Source: Bacteroidales bacterium (lineage in GTDB: Bacteria > Bacteroidota > Bacteroidia > Bacteroidales > WRGA01). From it: a stretch of DNA of 64,000 nucleotides. The notes beneath the pieces are model-generated. The model was not told the DNA's origin. It did no database searches and saw nothing but the letters and a program-made list of their open reading frames with translations. The DNA lies in assembly GCA_031553395.1 (NCBI GenBank), contig JAVBLR010000003.1, forward strand, positions 69,799 to 133,798. Reading direction: 5' to 3'. Both the position numbers and the translations under genes were made by a program. Shown here piece by piece: positions 59,398-64,000 of this stretch (the stretch's first letter is position 1; the number at the start of each line of letters is the position of its first letter).

Positions 59398-62166
59398 TTA
59401 TTTTTTGACAAATTTCTTCACTTCCTTATTACCCATTTTATCTACAATGCAAATAACATATACGCCCTTTGCAAGTTGTTGTGTTCCGACAAATTGGGAC
59501 ATAGCTGATTGAGTAACTATTTGTCCTGATAAATTGAATATCTTCAAAGAAGCAACATCTCCGTATACAACCAATCCGGTCTCTGTTTGGTAAAAATCGA
59601 AAGATATCATCTCTTGTTGGATATTTTCGATGGCAGAATAACCACTTTCTGTAGGAGTTCCTTCGGGATCGACGGTTTCCGGTTCCAGATCAGCATATGT
59701 AACTGCTAAAATATCATGAATATTAAAGTTTCCACCATCAGAACGTGTGTTGCATATTTTTACAACTACATGTTTTTTTACATTTATAGCAGGTATCAAT
59801 GCAACAACATCTATAGTACCGTTTCCTGATTTAAAGCTCTTACTGTCACCCGAAGAATATGATTCTCCTTCCACTCCGTCGATAGAATATTTTATTGTTA
59901 ATTGACGGTCACCTGTATTGTACCAATTGAATTTCAGTTCGTCGACACCATTCGGGAAATTTAACGTAATAATTCCGTTACCTTTGGAAAGTTGTAAAGC
60001 TCCTGTTGAACAAGTTCCTAAAGATGATTTTCCATCGCCTGCATATTCATTGCTCCAAAGAGATTCTGTATTGTATGACAAGAATTCTGCAATTTTATCA
60101 GGTATCTCGGGATTTTGGAAATTATACCAATCTGCAAGAATAGCAGAAGGTTGTTTAATTGAAATAGCGCCACTGTAAGTAATTACGCCATCACCTCCGG
60201 TTGTGTGGATTTTGAAAGTTCCTTCAGCTGTTGGCAATCCGGCAATGGTTACTATTTTATTATTTGCATCTACATACGCACTTAGTCCGGCCGGTAAATT
60301 TTCAACAATAGCGCCTGTTGCACCTCCACTCCAAGTGAAAACAATATGGCTGATAAATTTACCTTGTTCTACTACTTGACTTATTTTGTCATTATGAACT
60401 AAAGTGGCTGCTAATTCGGTTGCAATAGTAACATTTCCTTCAAGCGTAACATCCGGATTTCCTCCTGTTGTAGATACAGAATATGTTCCTTCGGCAGTAG
60501 GTATTCCTGTAATGGTAAGCGTTTTTTTGTCGTTATCAATTACCTTTTCCAATCCGGCAGGTAGATTATTTACTGTTACACCGGTAGCTGCAACACCCCA
60601 AGTGAAAGTAACCGGCTGAATAGCAGTTCCTGTATATACCCGTTGAGTTTTATTGTTGCTGTTGTTTGTTAATGTTGCATAAGAAGCTATTCCCGATTCA
60701 AAAGCACCCATATCGGCTGATGCGTCATTATAATAAATTGTAACATTTGGAAGAGTCAAACCATTAGGACTATGTGCCGCAGGTATAAAATCCTTGATAA
60801 TTTGTCCTTTATCGATAAATACACTTCCTGCTTTTAATTTTGCAAAGTCATTATCCGGTAAACTTCCGTCAGCTTGGCGTTCTGCTAAAAATAATGCAGA
60901 TGATAAACTTTTGAATTCACTTGTATAATCCTTTGTTTTATTGGCAGCTTTACCCACTTTTGTACTTTCTTTATATGGACTTGAATTATCTAAAGTTGTC
61001 CATGAATTATAATCCGTGTTAGGAACTACGGAACCGTCTTTATCGGCCGATAAAAATTCATGATTCTCTTTACTTGCATTGAATCCAATATTATTTCTCA
61101 TATACATGCTTCCATATTGGAAAATAGTTGGGAAACGGTAGTTGTATTCGTTGTTGAATGATACGTTATTAAACAAATACATTCCCTCATACGCATTATT
61201 TTGATCGAATCCTTTATGCAGACAATCAAATGCAACACAATTTGTTACAACGTGAGCACCAACTGATTGAGCAAAAGCTGCACCGCCAGCAGTACCGCCA
61301 CCACCTAATTTAAATCCGTTACCATTTACACCTGCTGCACCGGATTCCAAATATCCGGCTTTCCAAGACCAGCAATTATCAATAATAATAGGATGATATA
61401 CCATATACAAATCCCAGTTGTCATCAGAGTTCTGCCATGCACGGCATCCATGAAATTCGGTTCCCGGACCGGGGAATAATTTAGCTGCGAATCCGTCTGC
61501 ATCACCGCCATCATCTTTTCCACCATTCCAAGTTTTGGAATCGTAATTATAATAGGCATCACAATTGATAATAATATTATATTTACAGAATTGATATCCG
61601 GGATTAAATTCGGGAGTGCCTTTTGGAAGAGATTTAGTTTCCTCTATTTTGAAATCTTTATACATACCGATTTGAAGTCCGGTATCATTATTTCTATAAA
61701 ATTTGCAATTTTCCACAATGGTGTAACTGCCTTCCAATTTCATTCCATTGTCTTTGGCATTGCATAATTCCAGATTTTTGAAGTGCCAGTAGTTTGCTTC
61801 ATGGTTTACATAAATACAACGAGCCATTTTAAATTCAGCCTCTGTTGTTGTAGCTATTTGGCTACCATCAATAACAACCTTTTCGCCCGGATATCCCCAC
61901 ATATAAATACGGGCATCGGCACGAGCACAATGTTTCGCTTTAAGTTTAATCCCTTGGGTAAGCATGTAAGTTCCTCCGCGCAAAAAAATACTATCGCCGG
62001 GTTGTACAACGTCCACAGCTTTGTTCGGAGTTAGGAAAGGAGATTCATTTGTCCCGGGATTGTTGTCGTTACCCGTTGTGGAAACAAAGTACGTTTTTGC
62101 CGGGAGATAAGTAAAAACTGAAAGAAAAAATACAGATAAAATTAGTTTAGTCCAATTTCTTTTCAT
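59398..62166 (-). CDS. Large T9SS-secreted right-handed beta-helix protein (pectate-lyase-like fold) with two tandem Ig-like domains
   Basis: 922 aa with a signal peptide. The N-terminus KTYFVSTTGNDNNPGTNESPFLTPNKAVDVVQPGDSIFLRGGTY is typical of DUF1565/PL9-like beta-helix proteins. There are two ~70-aa repeats (…FTWGVAATGVTVNNLPAGLEKV…TITGIPTAEGTYSVSTTGG / …FTWSGGATGAIVENLPAGLSAY…TIAGLPTAEGTFKIHTTGG). The C-terminal T9SS CTD is ...LKIFNLSGQIV...LAKGVYVICIV...KKFVKK. Confidence 0.8.
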   Translation of the reverse strand: MKRNWTKLILSVFFLSVFTYLPAKTYFVSTTGNDNNPGTNESPFLTPNKAVDVVQPGDSIFLRGGTYMLTQGIKLKAKHCARADARIYMWGYPGEKVVIDGSQIATTTEAEFKMARCIYVNHEANYWHFKNLELCNAKDNGMKLEGSYTIVENCKFYRNNDTGLQIGMYKDFKIEETKSLPKGTPEFNPGYQFCKYNIIINCDAYYNYDSKTWNGGKDDGGDADGFAAKLFPGPGTEFHGCRAWQNSDDNWDLYMVYHPIIIDNCWSWKAGYLESGAAGVNGNGFKLGGGGTAGGAAFAQSVGAHVVTNCVAFDCLHKGFDQNNAYEGMYLFNNVSFNNEYNYRFPTIFQYGSMYMRNNIGFNASKENHEFLSADKDGSVVPNTDYNSWTTLDNSSPYKESTKVGKAANKTKDYTSEFKSLSSALFLAERQADGSLPDNDFAKLKAGSVFIDKGQIIKDFIPAAHSPNGLTLPNVTIYYNDASADMGAFESGIASYATLTNNSNNKTQRVYTGTAIQPVTFTWGVAATGVTVNNLPAGLEKVIDNDKKTLTITGIPTAEGTYSVSTTGGNPDVTLEGNVTIATELAATLVHNDKISQVVEQGKFISHIVFTWSGGATGAIVENLPAGLSAYVDANNKIVTIAGLPTAEGTFKIHTTGGDGVITYSGAISIKQPSAILADWYNFQNPEIPDKIAEFLSYNTESLWSNEYAGDGKSSLGTCSTGALQLSKGNGIITLNFPNGVDELKFNWYNTGDRQLTIKYSIDGVEGESYSSGDSKSFKSGNGTIDVVALIPAINVKKHVVVKICNTRSDGGNFNIHDILAVTYADLEPETVDPEGTPTESGYSAIENIQQEMISFDFYQTETGLVVYGDVASLKIFNLSGQIVTQSAMSQFVGTQQLAKGVYVICIVDKMGNKEVKKFVKK

Positions 62167-62272
62167 GGTTTTTCAATTTAGATTTTAATGTTAAAATTAA
62201 TTGATGCAAAGATTGGATGTAAAAAAACTTTTTATGTGGAATTTTTGACGAAAAAAGAGGAGTTTTTTAGAA

Positions 62273-62374
62273 AGTTATTTGTTTGCTAGTTATTTGTTTG
62301 ATTTTTAGTTCGTTGCTATAGCGTGACTATCATTTATTATCAAATAACAAATAACCAACTACCCAATAACTAAA
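62273..62374. repeat. Heptad-periodic hairpin, GTTATTT / AAATAAC class, downstream of tsaD
   Basis: AGTTATTTGTTTGCTAGTTATTTGTTTGATTTTTAGTTCGTTG...TATCAAATAACAAATAACCAACTACCCAATAAC. GTTATTTGTT (62274-62283 and 62289-62298) pairs with AACAAATAAC (62346-62355). Confidence 0.7.
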
Positions 62375-62404
62375 ATGTGGATAAATTATGATTTCTTAGC
62401 AGAC

Positions 62405-63436
62405 CTAAATTTCCACCCTTGCGAAAGCAGTAGCATCCATCGGGCAAAAATCTTTTTTTAAATATTTAAAATACCCTGAAATTGCAACCATTGCCGCATT
62501 ATCAGTTGTAAAGGAAAATGGCGGAATAAAAACTTCCCAATTATTTTTCTTTCCGTAATCGATAAATGCATTTCGTAAAGCCGAGTTGGCAGAAACGCCT
62601 CCGGCAACAGCTACTTGATTGATTTTTAAATTAGTTGCTGCTTTTTGCAATTTATTCATCAAAATATCTACAATTGTTGCCTGCAATGAAGCGCACAAAT
62701 CATGTTGATTTTTTTCGATAAATTGAGAATCTTCCTTTATTTTATCTCGAAGTAAATATAAAAATGAAGTTTTTAATCCGCTGAAACTGTAATTATAACC
62801 ATCAATTTGTGGTTTGCTGAATTTAAAAGTATTCGGGTTTCCTTCTTTGGCCAAACGATCAATAACCGGTCCGCCAGGATATGGCAGCCCCATTACCTTT
62901 GCACATTTGTCAAACGCTTCTCCGGCAGCATCATCTATGGTTTGTCCGACAACTTCCATATCATCCGGAGCTTTTACCAAAATGATTTGGGAATTTCCAC
63001 CGGAAACCAATAAGCAGAGAAATGGAAATTGTGGTTGGTGTATATCGGTTTCGTTTTGTTTGATGAAATGAGCCAATACATGTGCCTGCAAATGATTTAC
63101 ATCAATCATTGGAATTTGTAATGCTGAAGCAAAACCTTTGGCAAATGAAGTTCCTACTAATAAAGAACCCATTAATCCTGGGCCACGAGTAAAAGCAACG
63201 GCTGATAATTGATCTTTCGAAATATTAGCTCTTTGTAATGCTTCATGTACAACCGGAATAATATTTTGTTGATGTGCGCGGGAAGCTAGTTCCGGAACTA
63301 CACCGCCATACTTTTGATGCACTTCCTGATTTGTTATCACATTCGACAATAAAATATCATTTTTAATAACAGCTGCAGAAGTATCGTCGCAAGAAGATTC
63401 AATTCCGAGAATATAAATGTCTTTATTTTGAACCAT
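62405..63436 (-). CDS. tsaD: tRNA N6-adenosine threonylcarbamoyltransferase
   Basis: 343 aa, ...ILGIESSCDDTSAAV...GVVPELASRAHQ...VAGGVSAN..., a Kae1/TsaD pattern. Confidence 0.95.
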   Translation of the reverse strand: MVQNKDIYILGIESSCDDTSAAVIKNDILLSNVITNQEVHQKYGGVVPELASRAHQQNIIPVVHEALQRANISKDQLSAVAFTRGPGLMGSLLVGTSFAKGFASALQIPMIDVNHLQAHVLAHFIKQNETDIHQPQFPFLCLLVSGGNSQIILVKAPDDMEVVGQTIDDAAGEAFDKCAKVMGLPYPGGPVIDRLAKEGNPNTFKFSKPQIDGYNYSFSGLKTSFLYLLRDKIKEDSQFIEKNQHDLCASLQATIVDILMNKLQKAATNLKINQVAVAGGVSANSALRNAFIDYGKKNNWEVFIPPFSFTTDNAAMVAISGYFKYLKKDFCPMDATAFARVEI

Positions 63437-63449
63437 AAAATTAGTCTAT

Positions 63450-63550
63450 GGTTACAAGTTACAAGTTACGAGTTACAGGGTAGCTTCTTTTGAAATTTGA
63501 ATATAACTTTAAAGATTTCTCCTTGTAACTTGTAACTTGTAACTCGTAAC
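63450..63550. repeat. Heptad-periodic hairpin, GTTACAA / TTGTAAC class (longest arms in the window)
   Basis: The left arm GGTTACAAGTTACAAGTTACGAGTTACAGGG (63450-63480) pairs with the right arm CCTTGTAACTTGTAACTTGTAACTCGTAAC (63521-63550), with a 40-nt loop. It spans almost the whole gap between the stop at 63550 and the tsaD ATG at 63436. Confidence 0.85.
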
Positions 63551-64000
63551 TAAATTACTTTTCCAGCCATTGCTTGGGCTAATGTAATACAAGCTTCGTA
63601 TTTATCAGGTGTTAATGTGAATTTTTGTTCGACCGGATCGCCCACAACTTCCCAACCAACACGTTCGGCAAAAAGGCCTAATCGTTTTGCCGCAGCTCCG
63701 GCCCATGCAAACGAACCGAAATATCCAAAATACCGATTTTTGATATCCCGTGTTTCAATTTTATCCAGAAGGGATTGAACTTGAGGAAACAATTCATTAC
63801 TGTATGTTGGGCTACCGATAATTAATCCGTTGTATTTGAATATGTCCTTAATAATATAAGACAGATGCGTTTTACTTACATTATGCATCACAATATCCCG
63901 GACTCCACAAGCTGCAAGTTCACTCGCAATAACTTCGGCAGTTTGTTCGGTATTTCCATACATACTTCCATAAGCAATAACAACGCCGGATTCACCTTCG
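63550..64000 (-). CDS. Flavodoxin-like C-terminal domain of an FprA-type (flavodiiron) flavoprotein; partial, continues beyond the right edge
   Basis: The frame is open to position 64000 (…GESGVVIAYGSMYGNTEQTAEVIASELAACG…GSPTYSNELFPQV…), a flavodoxin-like FMN-binding pattern. The N-terminal part lies outside the window. Confidence 0.6.
   Translation of the reverse strand, partial: EGESGVVIAYGSMYGNTEQTAEVIASELAACGVRDIVMHNVSKTHLSYIIKDIFKYNGLIIGSPTYSNELFPQVQSLLDKIETRDIKNRYFGYFGSFAWAGAAAKRLGLFAERVGWEVVGDPVEQKFTLTPDKYEACITLAQAMAGKVI

Overview
AT-rich chromosomal segment (hand-counted 60-nt lines are mostly about 35-43% GC) from a Bacteroidota, probably Bacteroidales-like, genome. Supporting evidence: a SusC/SusD pair, a hybrid two-component regulator with an AraC domain, T9SS C-terminal sorting domains, type III glutamine synthetase, and TAnnTTTG boxes 20-50 nt upstream of many starts. 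The content is mostly housekeeping: groES-groEL, an EF-G paralog, rsmE, ybeY, holA, glnN, mutL, speA, ligA and tsaD. There is one pectin-type polysaccharide utilisation locus (22.9-41.3 kb: CE8, GH28, GH95, beta-helix lipoprotein, SusD, SusC, esterase, HTCS). There is also a galM-transporter-galK cluster, a two-gene glycosyl-phosphotransferase/GT unit, and several hypothetical envelope proteins. I found no rRNA, tRNA, CRISPR array, transposase, integrase or recognisable defence operon. The most unusual signal is non-coding. At least 12 intergenic elements have arms that are reverse complements, and each arm is a run of 7-nt tandem units. They fall into unit classes (TACGTTn, GGTAAAA, GAATTAA, GTTACAA, AAATAAC, AAAGAAC and others) that recur at distant loci, and they coexist with ordinary unique-sequence terminators. 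Other items worth a second look are listed here. (1) A start-less C-terminal remnant of a deaminase-type polymorphic toxin directly precedes an intact ankyrin-repeat gene, a candidate orphan immunity gene. (2) A GC-rich orphan membrane protein is wedged between ybeY and an AMP-nucleosidase-like gene. (3) Two tandem paralogous lipoproteins flank a small T9SS cargo protein. (4) A perfect 19-bp tandem repeat and TTGACA-type motifs lie in the PUL control region. No complete novel protein-based system is evident, and functional claims for the hypothetical genes are inference only.
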